Below the pieces are notes generated by a model. That model saw nothing but the letters and a program-made list of their open reading frames with translations. It did no database searches and was not told the origin of the DNA. Of a DNA stretch of 32,000 nt, positions 9,826 to 18,567 are shown piece after piece. Each line of letters opens with the position of its first letter. Within the stretch, counting starts at the first letter, position 1. The translations under genes were made by a program, and so were the position numbers. The stretch lies in contig NC_014408.1 in the NCBI RefSeq assembly GCF_000145295.1, positions 240,001 to 272,000 of the forward strand. Reading direction: 5' to 3'. This DNA comes from Methanothermobacter marburgensis str. Marburg (GTDB lineage Archaea; Methanobacteriota; Methanobacteria; Methanobacteriales; Methanothermobacteraceae).

Positions 9826-10398
9826 CTAGGAATTCAGAGTATGGGTGTGGGCAGTATCAAAACCGTTGTTTTCGTAGAGGCTCAGCTCATCCTTCAGCTG
9901 CTGTATTATTTCAGAGTTGTCCATGAATTCCATTTTAAAGCCGCATTCAGGGCATGGGAAGTTCTCTTCAGCAACTTCATCGAAGGTGAAACGGTAATGG
10001 CCGTTTTAACATACAAAGAAAATGGTTGTTCTCCTCAAAGTCCAGGGCTTCCCTGAGTTTTTTTAACTATTTCTCCGTGGTTCCTCTTTATCATTTCTGT
10101 AACCTTTTCAGGGTTCAAATTTCCATGTGTAGGTGTACCACTGCGTTTCAGGGTCCTTGCTTCTCTTGTAGCTTGCCACCCCCGCATCATAGAGTTTGTA
10201 GAGTATTCTTCTGACTATGTTGAGTTTAAGCTGGGTTTTTTCTGAAATCTCCTCATCTGTTACATTCCCCTTCATGAGGCACTCCAGAACTGGCACTGCC
10301 TCATCCTCTTCCTCCTCAGTGATAATCTCATGGATCAACTCTTGTAGCATCTGATCATCAATCAATTGAAATCCTCCAGCTTTGAGAAATAACTGCAT
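9826..10398 (-). pseudogene. tfe: transcription factor E (TFE, TFIIE-alpha homolog), reading frame interrupted three times
   Basis: Intact winged-helix N-terminus (10398-10111). The remainder (EKVTEMIKRNHGEIVKK / [18 protein letters not shown] / [21 protein letters not shown]...) is found only by shifting +1 at 10113-10108 (CCC TGA), 10064-10058 (A7) and 10007-10004 (A4). The final Zn-ribbon segment returns to the original frame and stops at 9828-9826. Confidence 0.7.
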
Positions 10399-10487
10399 AC
10401 AAGGTATGCTGAATCGATCAAATTTTTTGAGTGCACTCCAATTTATGTGCCTAATCTTATTTAAAATTTTATAAAATCATGAACCCC

Positions 10488-11330
10488 TCACTTCAGCGGG
10501 GGTCTAACAATAACCGCCGGCACATGTTCCAGTGAGGACAGCATTTCAACCGTAACTGTTTCGGGTTCACTTTCAAGTTCACTGGCCATATCATACACGG
10601 TTTTTCTGCTACTGTGCCTTTCATGGTACTCCTCGGCTACGGATGCCACCTCAAGGAGCACCTCAGTGGCAGCGGGCCTTGAGGATGCAAGGGGTGTTGG
10701 CCATCTTTTCCTGGAAAACCTCCCTGCAATGTAACCCAGGAACCCGGTATCTGAGATTATACCCGGTGCAGCTGTGGGAAGTGATGTGAAATACCTCCCA
10801 AGGATTCGGTAGGTTGCGTCGGTGTCAATAACAACCACGGTGACATCGACACCGAATTTACTCAGAATCCCCTCTGCAATGGATTTTGCAGTACCCACAG
10901 GGTTTTCAGGAAGAAGTGAAACATATGTGCCGGGGACGTTGCTCAAATCAATTCCGGCCTCTGAGGCCGGTTTGAGGGCATGTTTCAGCCCATAATATCG
11001 GAGCACAACCTCCTTATGGTTTCTTGCCTCGGGGGGGAGGTTTCTAAGGTTTTTCAGGGTTCTTTCCTTTATTCCAAAAATGGGTCCGAGAACATGGCCC
11101 CAGATGTACTTTGACCAGAGGTCTGCAAGAATGATGGCGGTCCTGGAGGCTTCAAATTCTGATTCATCAACGAGGTTTCCCTGGGCAACCGAGATGGGGG
11201 TTTCAGAGACCACAAGGAAATCCCCATCAACTACCAGTTCACCTGCCCTCTCCATGATTTTCCATAAACCCTCACCAGGCTTTATGTAGTCCGTCCTCAC
11301 AGGTACCGTGGTGTATCCATCTCTGGGCAT
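10488..11330 (-). CDS. CofE-like protein (F420-0:gamma-glutamyl ligase family paralog)
   Basis: IKPGE...DGDFLVVSETPISVAQG and AGIDLSN motifs typical of the F420 ligase fold. At 280 aa with insertions, it is probably not the canonical CofE. Confidence 0.55.
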   Translation of the reverse strand: MPRDGYTTVPVRTDYIKPGEGLWKIMERAGELVVDGDFLVVSETPISVAQGNLVDESEFEASRTAIILADLWSKYIWGHVLGPIFGIKERTLKNLRNLPPEARNHKEVVLRYYGLKHALKPASEAGIDLSNVPGTYVSLLPENPVGTAKSIAEGILSKFGVDVTVVVIDTDATYRILGRYFTSLPTAAPGIISDTGFLGYIAGRFSRKRWPTPLASSRPAATEVLLEVASVAEEYHERHSSRKTVYDMASELESEPETVTVEMLSSLEHVPAVIVRPPLK

Positions 11331-11386
11331 GTTCTGTCCTCAAAGGCATGCTCCTGTCAATTAAACATTCAGAAATTGATGCAGGT

Positions 11387-12094
11387 TCATCTGGCCCTCA
11401 CAGGCGGGGCCCAGACCTTGAGGTCTATGCCCTCTATGATGGCCCTCCTGCCTTCAAGCTGTACCACGACCCCTGAGTGGACCTTCTGCATCATGCAGTG
11501 GGCCGGGAGGAATCTCACTGTGTCGCCGATGTTGGGGAGTTCCCCATCGATCATGCCCTCGAAGCCCCCCACCAGGCAGACCCCGATGTCCCTGAACTCA
11601 AAGTCCTCGCTGCCAAGGCGGTGACATGGCCCAACGATGTGGACAGTTATGAGTCCGTTGTTTTCATCCAGTATCTCTGCAAAGTGGGTTATGGGGCACC
11701 CCAGGGGTCTGTAACGGATTATATCCCCCTTTTTAAGCTCAGCCCTTGAAAATGGAAAGAGTACCTCCCTGCATGAACCCTCCTTAGGGAGGGGCTTCAG
11801 TATGAAATCTGCCTCGTACCCGTCAAGGACACCCACAACCTTCTTCTCCTCTGGCAGGAGGTCCTCCTCCTTGAGGATCTCCTGGAGCTTCTGAAGGTTG
11901 TCTGTAAAAAGCTCCTGGTACATGAAGTGGCATCTGTCGATCTCTGTCCGCCCCTTGAGGAGTGCGGAGGCATATTCGTCGCACCTTGCATAGCCGCAGA
12001 TACCGCAGTTGTATCCGGGAAGAAGTTCTGTAACCCTTTCTCTGAGTGATCTGTCTCCTGGCATCTGAAAGACCCTCTTTTCATTCTCCCTCAT
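11387..12094 (-). CDS. Fe-S protein with an RnfB-type N-terminal [4Fe-4S] module and an unassigned C-terminal domain
   Basis: C-x2-C-x4-C-x16-C ([13 protein letters not shown]...IDRC), as in RnfB and corrinoid Fe-S protein N-termini. Alternative start at ATG 12064 (MPGDRS), preceded by GAGGGT. Confidence 0.65.
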   Translation of the reverse strand: MRENEKRVFQMPGDRSLRERVTELLPGYNCGICGYARCDEYASALLKGRTEIDRCHFMYQELFTDNLQKLQEILKEEDLLPEEKKVVGVLDGYEADFILKPLPKEGSCREVLFPFSRAELKKGDIIRYRPLGCPITHFAEILDENNGLITVHIVGPCHRLGSEDFEFRDIGVCLVGGFEGMIDGELPNIGDTVRFLPAHCMMQKVHSGVVVQLEGRRAIIEGIDLKVWAPPVRAR

Positions 12095-12782
12095 AGGTCT
12101 GGAAGCCGTCTATTCTTCTGAGTATTCCCCTGTGGTGCTTCTTATTGACCCTTGTCTCGCCCACACAGAGGGTGCAGACTGCAAGGGGTGCTGAGTGACG
12201 GAGTTCCTCGTTTTCAAGGGAAACCTCTCTGCTCTCTATCATTTCCTCTGCAAGTTCCATGCATCCCTGTCCGCTGAGGCCATTTGCCTCTATTATCTTT
12301 GCCGATGGGTTAACCTCCAGTATACGCTCCCTGAATATTTCCCTCTCTGCCTGGGATATCATATCCCCCTTGGTAACAACAGCAATGTCTGCGGTTGAAA
12401 GGAAGGGCCCAACCTTCAGGGGGGTGTTGGGGCCGCTTGTAGCGTCTATAACGCAAACACCCAGGCAGTTCTTTGTGTAGGGGGCGCAACGGTGACACAA
12501 TCCTGCTGTTTCAATGATAAGGAAGTCAGATTCATTCTTCTCGGCCCATTTTATCATGTCATCTATGTTGTAGATGGCGTAGTGGTCCGGGCACATATCC
12601 ATTGAGAGGCCCACAAGGGTGGGCGCACCTATCTTCTCAAACTTCTTGTCGTCATCGGTGTATAGGCAGTCTATTTTAACCACCGATGAATTGAATCCCC
12701 TCGCCTTGAGACTCTTCAGTGTGTGCATGAGGACTGCTGTTTTCCCGGATCCTGGTGTTCCAGCAACTATTACCATTCTCAT
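12081..12782 (-). CDS. G3E-family-like P-loop NTPase (HypB/UreG/CobW-like putative metallochaperone)
   Basis: Walker A GTPGSGKT, Walker B/G3 IIETAG, G4-like VTKGD. Cys/His clusters [13 protein letters not shown] and a C-terminal CTLC. Order and spacing are as in HypB. Confidence 0.65.
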   Translation of the reverse strand: MRMVIVAGTPGSGKTAVLMHTLKSLKARGFNSSVVKIDCLYTDDDKKFEKIGAPTLVGLSMDMCPDHYAIYNIDDMIKWAEKNESDFLIIETAGLCHRCAPYTKNCLGVCVIDATSGPNTPLKVGPFLSTADIAVVTKGDMISQAEREIFRERILEVNPSAKIIEANGLSGQGCMELAEEMIESREVSLENEELRHSAPLAVCTLCVGETRVNKKHHRGILRRIDGFQTYEGE

Positions 12783-12817
12783 ATCCTTTCCCTTCTGTAA
12801 CTGGTGCAGCTTTCAGC

Positions 12818-13597
12818 TTAACCTTTTATTATCTCTGTGAGGTCTATGCTCTCAACCAGCTCTCCCCTCCGCACCTTCTCACGGAGGCTGAGCATGAGTT
12901 CATCTATCTTGTTGAGTTCACGGGATATCTTCTTCTCCTGGGCTGTTGTTGTAACTATCTTCTGCATACCACCATGCTTCATCACTATTCTCTTGTCGGT
13001 CATGAGTGCAAGCACAGGGTCGTGGGTTACAACCAGAACTATTTTACCGTGTCCTGCCAGCACCTTGAGCGCATCGTGTTTCCTTATACCTGCATTTTCA
13101 ATTTCATCTATGAGCACTATGGGAGAGTCACTTATTATGGCAACATCTGCAACCATGAGGGCCCTTGACTGCCCCCCGCTGAGTATTGTGAGGTCGTGCT
13201 CCTTTTTGATGGGTTCACCGGTGAGGGTGTTTGCAAGTTGGATCACACGGTCCACGCACCTTTCACTGGCACCCCGGCACTTGGCGTGGAGGCTGAGAAA
13301 CTCTCCCACTGTCATGTCCGCCAGGAAGTTCATGTTCTGGGAAAGCTGTGCCACCATCTTCTTTCGGGGGTTTGTACGGTCCTCGTAACTTGGCTCTTCG
13401 TCGTTCACCAGGATTTTTCTCTTGGAGAAGGTGTCCTTCTGGGCCAGCTGTTCGATGTCACCTATAAGTGAGCTTTTACCGCTTCCTGTTGGGCCGACCA
13501 CACCAAAAATTTCACCTTTTCTTATTTCAACCTTCTCAACCGGTTCCTTCTCTCCGTATTTGTCATAACCGCCAATTACTGTGATTTTCTCTATCAT
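12818..13597 (-). CDS. ABC-type ATPase (single nucleotide-binding domain, no cognate permease in the window)
   Basis: Walker [10 protein letters not shown], signature LSGGQ, Walker B VLIDEIE, H-loop VTHD. Its start shares base 13597 with the comA stop (TAATG). Confidence 0.85.
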   Translation of the reverse strand: MIEKITVIGGYDKYGEKEPVEKVEIRKGEIFGVVGPTGSGKSSLIGDIEQLAQKDTFSKRKILVNDEEPSYEDRTNPRKKMVAQLSQNMNFLADMTVGEFLSLHAKCRGASERCVDRVIQLANTLTGEPIKKEHDLTILSGGQSRALMVADVAIISDSPIVLIDEIENAGIRKHDALKVLAGHGKIVLVVTHDPVLALMTDKRIVMKHGGMQKIVTTTAQEKKISRELNKIDELMLSLREKVRRGELVESIDLTEIIKG

Positions 13598-14373
13598 TAA
13601 AGATTCACCTTTCCGAGAGTATCTCCCCTCAAGCCTCTTCTTATGGTTTCAAGGGCTGTTATCTCTTCGGGGGGTATGTTTCCAAGGTTAACGTCTGGTC
13701 CTATTTTCAGTATGAAGTAAACCTGCTGGTTTTTCTGGGGGGCCTCCCATATTATCCTATCCTGCGGGAGTTCATTGAGGAGGTGGTTGAATTCTTCCTC
13801 CTTTACGTTTCCATTCTCATCGTATATACCTATATTATGGCCGCTCTCCCGGGCCTCCATGAGCACCATGCAGGCTCCAGCTTTGAGGTCGGCCCTGACA
13901 AGTTCAACCCTATCCTCCGGGCTGAGAAGTCTGTCCCTTACCGGGTCCTTTTTACCAACCTCTGATATGATCTGGAACCCCTCGTTGACCGCTTTCTCTA
14001 TAAGTTCACATTTTTCATCGGTTTCAATCTCAACGGTTCCATTTGATATTTCCAGTGTTTCAAAACCAAGGCTTCTTGCCTCGTCAAAGTACTCCTGAAT
14101 TTTATCGTTGAGATAGGCGATCTCAAATAGGGTGCCCCCAGGATAGGCCTCCACATCGAATGAACGGTACATCTCAATTTTTTCCATGACAGCGTCACGT
14201 CTGTGGAGGGGGAGGGTTCCCCATCCAAACTTTATGAAATCAACGTAATCTGATGAAATCTCCATGAGGTCACGGGCTGTTTTAATGCCCATTCCCTTAT
14301 CGAGAACCATGGTTATTCCATTTTTTCTGGGTTTCCCACGCCTTGGAGGTGTGAGAAAGTCAAAGGCGTTCAT
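13597..14373 (-). CDS. comA: (2R)-phospho-3-sulfolactate synthase (coenzyme M biosynthesis)
   Basis: Collinear with ComA as I recall it: [52 protein letters not shown]. Confidence 0.9.
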   Translation of the reverse strand: MNAFDFLTPPRRGKPRKNGITMVLDKGMGIKTARDLMEISSDYVDFIKFGWGTLPLHRRDAVMEKIEMYRSFDVEAYPGGTLFEIAYLNDKIQEYFDEARSLGFETLEISNGTVEIETDEKCELIEKAVNEGFQIISEVGKKDPVRDRLLSPEDRVELVRADLKAGACMVLMEARESGHNIGIYDENGNVKEEEFNHLLNELPQDRIIWEAPQKNQQVYFILKIGPDVNLGNIPPEEITALETIRRGLRGDTLGKVNL

Positions 14374-14475
14374 TTTATCACCTTCTGGATTGAGTCAGAA
14401 TAAACACCAACGGCATATTAATTTAAATTCATATGTTTACTACCTTTATAAATAATTTTTCTTATAACAGGTTTC

Positions 14476-14569
14476 ATGGGATATCAATCTGAATCCCATC
14501 CACTATCGGGGATCTTATCGTAACGGGAGATTCTATAAGTTGAGTCCCATCACTATTTTGGGATCTTAT
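14476..14569. promoter_or_regulatory. repeated TCCCAT/ATGGGA-type motifs in a divergent promoter region (putative operator sites)
   Basis: Two 26-nt units (14493-14518 and 14544-14569, 51-nt period) share tcccatc..actat..gggatcttat. Each holds an internal inverted repeat, and an extra ATGGGA half-site lies at 14476-14481. Unit 2 abuts the AT-rich TATA-like ttattatatattaa. Confidence 0.4.
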
Positions 14570-14597
14570 TATATATTAATAGGTGGTGGTACATGTG

Positions 14598-15155
14598 ATG
14601 GAGAGTATATGTTACTTTGAAAGACCAGGTAAGGAGAACACTGAAAGGGTCCTTGAACTTGTTAAGGAAAGGGCAGATAAACTGGGGATCAGGGACTTTG
14701 TGGTGGCCTCGGTATCCGGTGAAACAGCACTCAGGTTATCTGAGATGGTTGAGGGAAACATTGTTTCTGTAACACACCACGCCGGTTTCAGGGAGAAGGG
14801 CAAACTTGAACTTGAACCCGACATGAGGGAGAAACTGATTGAAAGGGGCGTCAGTGTATATGCAGGTTCACATGCACTCAGCGGTGTTGGAAGGGGGATA
14901 TCAAATAAGTTCGGCGGAGTCACACCTGTTGAGGTGATGGCTGAAACCCTCAGGATGGTTTCACAGGGCTTCAAGGTATGTGTTGAGATATCTATAATGG
15001 CAGCTGACGCAGGCCTTATACCTGTTGACAGGGAGGTCATAGCCATAGGCGGCACTGCATGGGGGGCTGACACGGCCCTGGTTCTCACACCGACGCATAT
15101 GAACAGCGTATTTGACCTGAGAATCCATGAGATCATTGCGATGCCAAGGCCATAG
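14598..15155 (+). CDS. conserved hypothetical protein, pyruvate-kinase C-terminal-domain-like (alpha/beta) family
   Basis: 190-aa ORF (open from GTG 14583; ATG 14598 follows AGGTGGTGG). Methanogen-conserved sequence ([11 protein letters not shown]..., GTAWGADTA) with no catalytic assignment. Confidence 0.6.
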   Translation: MESICYFERPGKENTERVLELVKERADKLGIRDFVVASVSGETALRLSEMVEGNIVSVTHHAGFREKGKLELEPDMREKLIERGVSVYAGSHALSGVGRGISNKFGGVTPVEVMAETLRMVSQGFKVCVEISIMAADAGLIPVDREVIAIGGTAWGADTALVLTPTHMNSVFDLRIHEIIAMPRP

Positions 15156-15386
15156 TCCGGCACCTGCATGGTATGGGCGGGTTGCCGGAATTCATGATTT
15201 TCATGGCCCGGTGACCATACCATAATTCCATTTTGCCCCAACATTGTACCGGTATTTTCAGAGGTCACAGAAACTGATTTTTAATTTTGATCGGGACCCA
15301 TGGGGTCATTGGTGCCGCTTTAACGGTTGCTTTTAAATATGTCTTATCACAATAACATATTTCATAGATAAATGTGGGGGTAGTAA

Positions 15387-16532
15387 TTGAAATTCATTAA
15401 CGATGCCATAAAGGAATCTGAGAAAAGGGAAAAGCCATCTTCCATCTCGATGAACTCAGAAATCGACCAGGAACTTCGGGAAATAATCGAAAATAGCAGG
15501 GCGAAGATATACGTTGTTGGGACCGGCGGGGCGGGTAACAACACCGTAACAAGGCTCAGTGAAATAGGAGTTGAGGGTGCTGAGACAATAGCCATTAACA
15601 CAGATGCCCAGGACCTCTTCTACACGGTTGCTAACCGGAAGCTGCTCATAGGAAGGAATGTATGCGGGGGTCTTGGCGCGGGCGGAGTACCTGAAGTTGG
15701 AGAGGAATGTGCCGAGGAAAGTGAGGATGATATCCGCAGGGAGCTTGAAGGGGCTGACATGGTCTTTGTGACCTGCGGTCTTGGGGGAGGCACAGGAACC
15801 GGATCGGCACCTGTGATATCCAAGCTGGCCAAAAAGGCCGGTGCACTCACAATAGCAGTCGCAACCATGCCCTTCAGTGCAGAGGGCCTTAAAAGAAGGG
15901 AGAATGCTGAGAAGGGTCTTGAGAAACTTCAGAGTGCTGCCGATACCGTGATAGTGATCCCCAATGACAAGCTTCTCGAGGTTGCACCCAACCTTCCCCT
16001 CAACAAGGCATTCATGGTTGCAGATGAAATCCTTGGAAGGGCCGTTAAGGGGATAACGGAACTCATAACCAGGCCAGGTCTTGTGAGCCTTGACTTTGCT
16101 GATGTTAGGAGCATAATGAAGGGCTCAGGAATGGCAATGATTGGAATGGGTGAAGCCGAGGCAGGTGACAGGGCCCTTGAATCAGTTTACGAGGCTCTTA
16201 ACAGCCCGCTACTTGATCTGGACATATCCAATGCAAAGGGTGCACTTATCAATATCTCTGGAAGCTCCGACCTGACACTTCAGGAGGCCGAAAGGATAGT
16301 TGAGGTTGTTGCCGAGGAACTGGATCCTGATGCAAACATAATATGGGGTGCACAGATTCAGGATGAACTGCAGAATGTTATAAGAACAACGATTGTTGTT
16401 GCGGGCGTGAGGTCGCCGTACATATACGGCTCACATGGTTCTGCAGAGAAGGAGTTCTTCGAGGAAAAACAGCGGGAGAAGGACTCTGTGGATGAGTCTG
16501 TACTGGAAGAATTTATAGATGGAGTATTCTGA
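15387..16532 (+). CDS. ftsZ: cell division protein FtsZ
   Basis: Tubulin/FtsZ signature [11 protein letters not shown], plus [10 protein letters not shown] and NTDAQ. TTG start. Confidence 0.95.
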   Translation: MKFINDAIKESEKREKPSSISMNSEIDQELREIIENSRAKIYVVGTGGAGNNTVTRLSEIGVEGAETIAINTDAQDLFYTVANRKLLIGRNVCGGLGAGGVPEVGEECAEESEDDIRRELEGADMVFVTCGLGGGTGTGSAPVISKLAKKAGALTIAVATMPFSAEGLKRRENAEKGLEKLQSAADTVIVIPNDKLLEVAPNLPLNKAFMVADEILGRAVKGITELITRPGLVSLDFADVRSIMKGSGMAMIGMGEAEAGDRALESVYEALNSPLLDLDISNAKGALINISGSSDLTLQEAERIVEVVAEELDPDANIIWGAQIQDELQNVIRTTIVVAGVRSPYIYGSHGSAEKEFFEEKQREKDSVDESVLEEFIDGVF

Positions 16533-16566
16533 TATTTCTTCCACACACCCCCACATCAATGAAAAC

Positions 16567-16581
16567 ATTTATAAATCTTGA
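16567..16581 (+). promoter_or_regulatory. archaeal TATA box/promoter module upstream of secE-spt5-rpl11
   Basis: The 15-mer atttataaatcttga contains TTTATAAAT at 16568-16576. An identical 15-mer recurs upstream of rpl1. Confidence 0.55.
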
Positions 16582-16655
16582 AGGATAGATTACTCCATCA
16601 CTCATCCCGATTATCATCCTTGTTTTTAATCATTATAAACTAGCGGGGATAAATC

Positions 16656-16835
16656 ATGAAATACAGGGATTCTGTTCTGAATTTTATCAAGCAGTCAAAG
16701 AGGGTATTGAAGGTATCAAAGAAACCCACAAGGGACGAATACCTCAACGTGTCAAAGGTGACAGGTATCGGTATAATATTAATAGGTGTAATAGGATTCA
16801 TAATAAGTATAATTGCCCAGTTACTGGGTGGCTGA
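16656..16835 (+). CDS. secE: preprotein translocase subunit SecE (Sec61-gamma), 59 aa
   Basis: Below the ORF-track cutoff. [59 protein letters not shown] has a basic N-terminus and one TM helix, and sits in the conserved ftsZ-secE-nusG position. Confidence 0.85.
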   Translation: MKYRDSVLNFIKQSKRVLKVSKKPTRDEYLNVSKVTGIGIILIGVIGFIISIIAQLLGG

Positions 16836-16888
16836 TTAACTCTTACTGGAAAGTCACAGTGAATTATATATATGAGGTTGTGTTCTTA

Positions 16889-17368
16889 ATGGAAGATAGT
16901 AAAAATTCCATCTATGCCCTTAAGACCTCGGTGGGTCAGGAGAAGAATGTGGCAAGGATGCTGGCCAGGAAGGTAAGGGATAGTGGTATTGAGATAAACG
17001 CGATTCTTGTTCCAGAGTCCCTCAGGGGCTACATCCTTGTTGAGTCCTCCTCAAAGATCGACATGAGAAACCCTGCCATAAGGGTTCCCCACTTAAGGGG
17101 TGTTGTTGAGGGAAAAACCGAGGGTGAATCAAAGATAGAATTTGAGGAGGTTAAGAGGTTCCTCAAACCTGAACCCATAATATCATCCATTAAGAAGGGT
17201 AGCATCGTTGAGCTGATCTCAGGGCCATTCAAGGGTGAAAGGGCAAAGGTTATCCGTATAGATGAATCCAGAGAGGAAGTTGTACTTGAACTCATAGAGG
17301 CTGCAGTGCCAATTCCTGTAACAGTTAAAGGTGATCAGATTAGAATAATACAAAAGGAGGCTGATTAA
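16889..17368 (+). CDS. spt5: transcription elongation factor Spt5 (archaeal NusG)
   Basis: NGN domain ([21 protein letters not shown]) and a KOW motif ([18 protein letters not shown]). ATG 16889 is preferred over GTG 16859. Confidence 0.9.
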   Translation: MEDSKNSIYALKTSVGQEKNVARMLARKVRDSGIEINAILVPESLRGYILVESSSKIDMRNPAIRVPHLRGVVEGKTEGESKIEFEEVKRFLKPEPIISSIKKGSIVELISGPFKGERAKVIRIDESREEVVLELIEAAVPIPVTVKGDQIRIIQKEAD

Positions 17369-17850
17369 TGGCTAAAGAAACCGTTGAAATTCTTATTGAT
17401 GGTGGAAAAGCCACTCCAGGACCACCACTGGGTCCTGCGATTGGTCCGCTTGGAATTAACATGATGCAGGTTGTTGAGGAGATAAACCGCAAGACCGCGG
17501 ATTTCGAGGGAATGAAGGTCCCGGTTAAGATCATAGTTGATACCGACACAAGGGACTTTGAGGTTGAGGTTGGTACGCCACCAACAACCGCCCTGATCAT
17601 GGATGAACTCAAGATCGAGAAGGGTTCACAGGACCCGGGCATGGACAAGATAGCAGACATATCCATGGAGCAGGTGCTGAAGATAGCAAGGATGAAGTTC
17701 GACGCCCTCCTCTCAAACGACTACAAACAGGCAGTCAAGGAGATCATGGGTACCTGCGTGAGCATGGGTGTAACAGTGAATGGCAAGGACCCCAGGGAGG
17801 TTCAGAGGGAAGTTGATCAGGGAGTCTATGATGACCTCCTCACATCATAA
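17368..17850 (+). CDS. rpl11: 50S ribosomal protein L11 (uL11)
   Basis: [20 protein letters not shown] motif. The start overlaps the spt5 stop (TAATG). Confidence 0.95.
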   Translation: MAKETVEILIDGGKATPGPPLGPAIGPLGINMMQVVEEINRKTADFEGMKVPVKIIVDTDTRDFEVEVGTPPTTALIMDELKIEKGSQDPGMDKIADISMEQVLKIARMKFDALLSNDYKQAVKEIMGTCVSMGVTVNGKDPREVQREVDQGVYDDLLTS

Positions 17851-17852
17851 AA

Positions 17853-17867
17853 ATTTATAAATCTTGA
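17853..17867 (+). promoter_or_regulatory. archaeal TATA box/promoter module upstream of rpl1-rplP0-rpl12
   Basis: Same 15-mer atttataaatcttga as at 16567-16581, with TTTATAAAT at 17854-17862. Confidence 0.55.
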
Positions 17868-17928
17868 GAATCACATAACTAACCCCATCATATGAACTTA
17901 TTTTTTGAAGTTCATGGAGGATTCAGAA

Positions 17929-18567
17929 ATGCAACAGGAGATTATGGAAGCGGTGAAGAAGGCCAAGGAACTTTCAAGGCCGAGAAACTTCACACAGTCC
18001 ATGGATGTTATTCTTAACATCAAGGACCTTGACGTCAACAAACCAGAGAACAGGTTTGACGAGGAAGTTTCTCTACCCAACGGCCGCGGTAAGGATGTTA
18101 AAATCGCCGTGATCGCCGATGGGGAACTGGCTCTCCAGGCTAAGAACGCTGGAGCCGACCTTGTGATAACCAAGGATGAACTTGAAGAACTTGGCAAAAA
18201 CCGAAAGGAAGCAAAGAAACTTGCCAACAGCTATGAATTCTTCGTGGCCCAGGCAGACATGATGCCCCTGGTGGGGCGGTTCCTTGGACCGGTTCTTGGA
18301 CCCAGAAAGAAGATGCCAAAACCGGTGCCAGCAACAATAAACCCGGAGCCCATACTCAAGAAACTCAGGGACACTGTCAAGGTGAGAATCAAGGACCAGC
18401 CTGTGGTTCACACCGTGGTTGGCACAGAGGATATGGATGATGAGAAACTTGCCGAGAACATAGAGGCGGTTCTGCAGACAATTGACCGCAAACTTGAGAA
18501 GGGCAGAAACCAGCTTAAGTCCATGTACGTTAAAACGACCATGGGCCCGGTAGTGAGGGTGATTTAA
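17929..18567 (+). CDS. rpl1: 50S ribosomal protein L1 (uL1)
   Basis: L1 family sequence ([22 protein letters not shown]). ATG 17929 lies 8 nt after GGAGGA. The ORF is open from 17905. Confidence 0.92.
   Translation: MQQEIMEAVKKAKELSRPRNFTQSMDVILNIKDLDVNKPENRFDEEVSLPNGRGKDVKIAVIADGELALQAKNAGADLVITKDELEELGKNRKEAKKLANSYEFFVAQADMMPLVGRFLGPVLGPRKKMPKPVPATINPEPILKKLRDTVKVRIKDQPVVHTVVGTEDMDDEKLAENIEAVLQTIDRKLEKGRNQLKSMYVKTTMGPVVRVI

Noticed and set aside
12837-13388. 183-aa plus-strand ORF opposite the ABC ATPase gene
   Set aside because: It is a Ser-rich shadow ORF. The minus-strand frame carries the complete set of ABC NBD motifs.
14612-15268. 218-aa minus-strand ORF opposite the PK-C-like gene
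   Set aside because: It lies antisense to a conserved protein-coding frame and has a Ser/Thr/Pro-rich composition. It has no SD or promoter context and no motifs.
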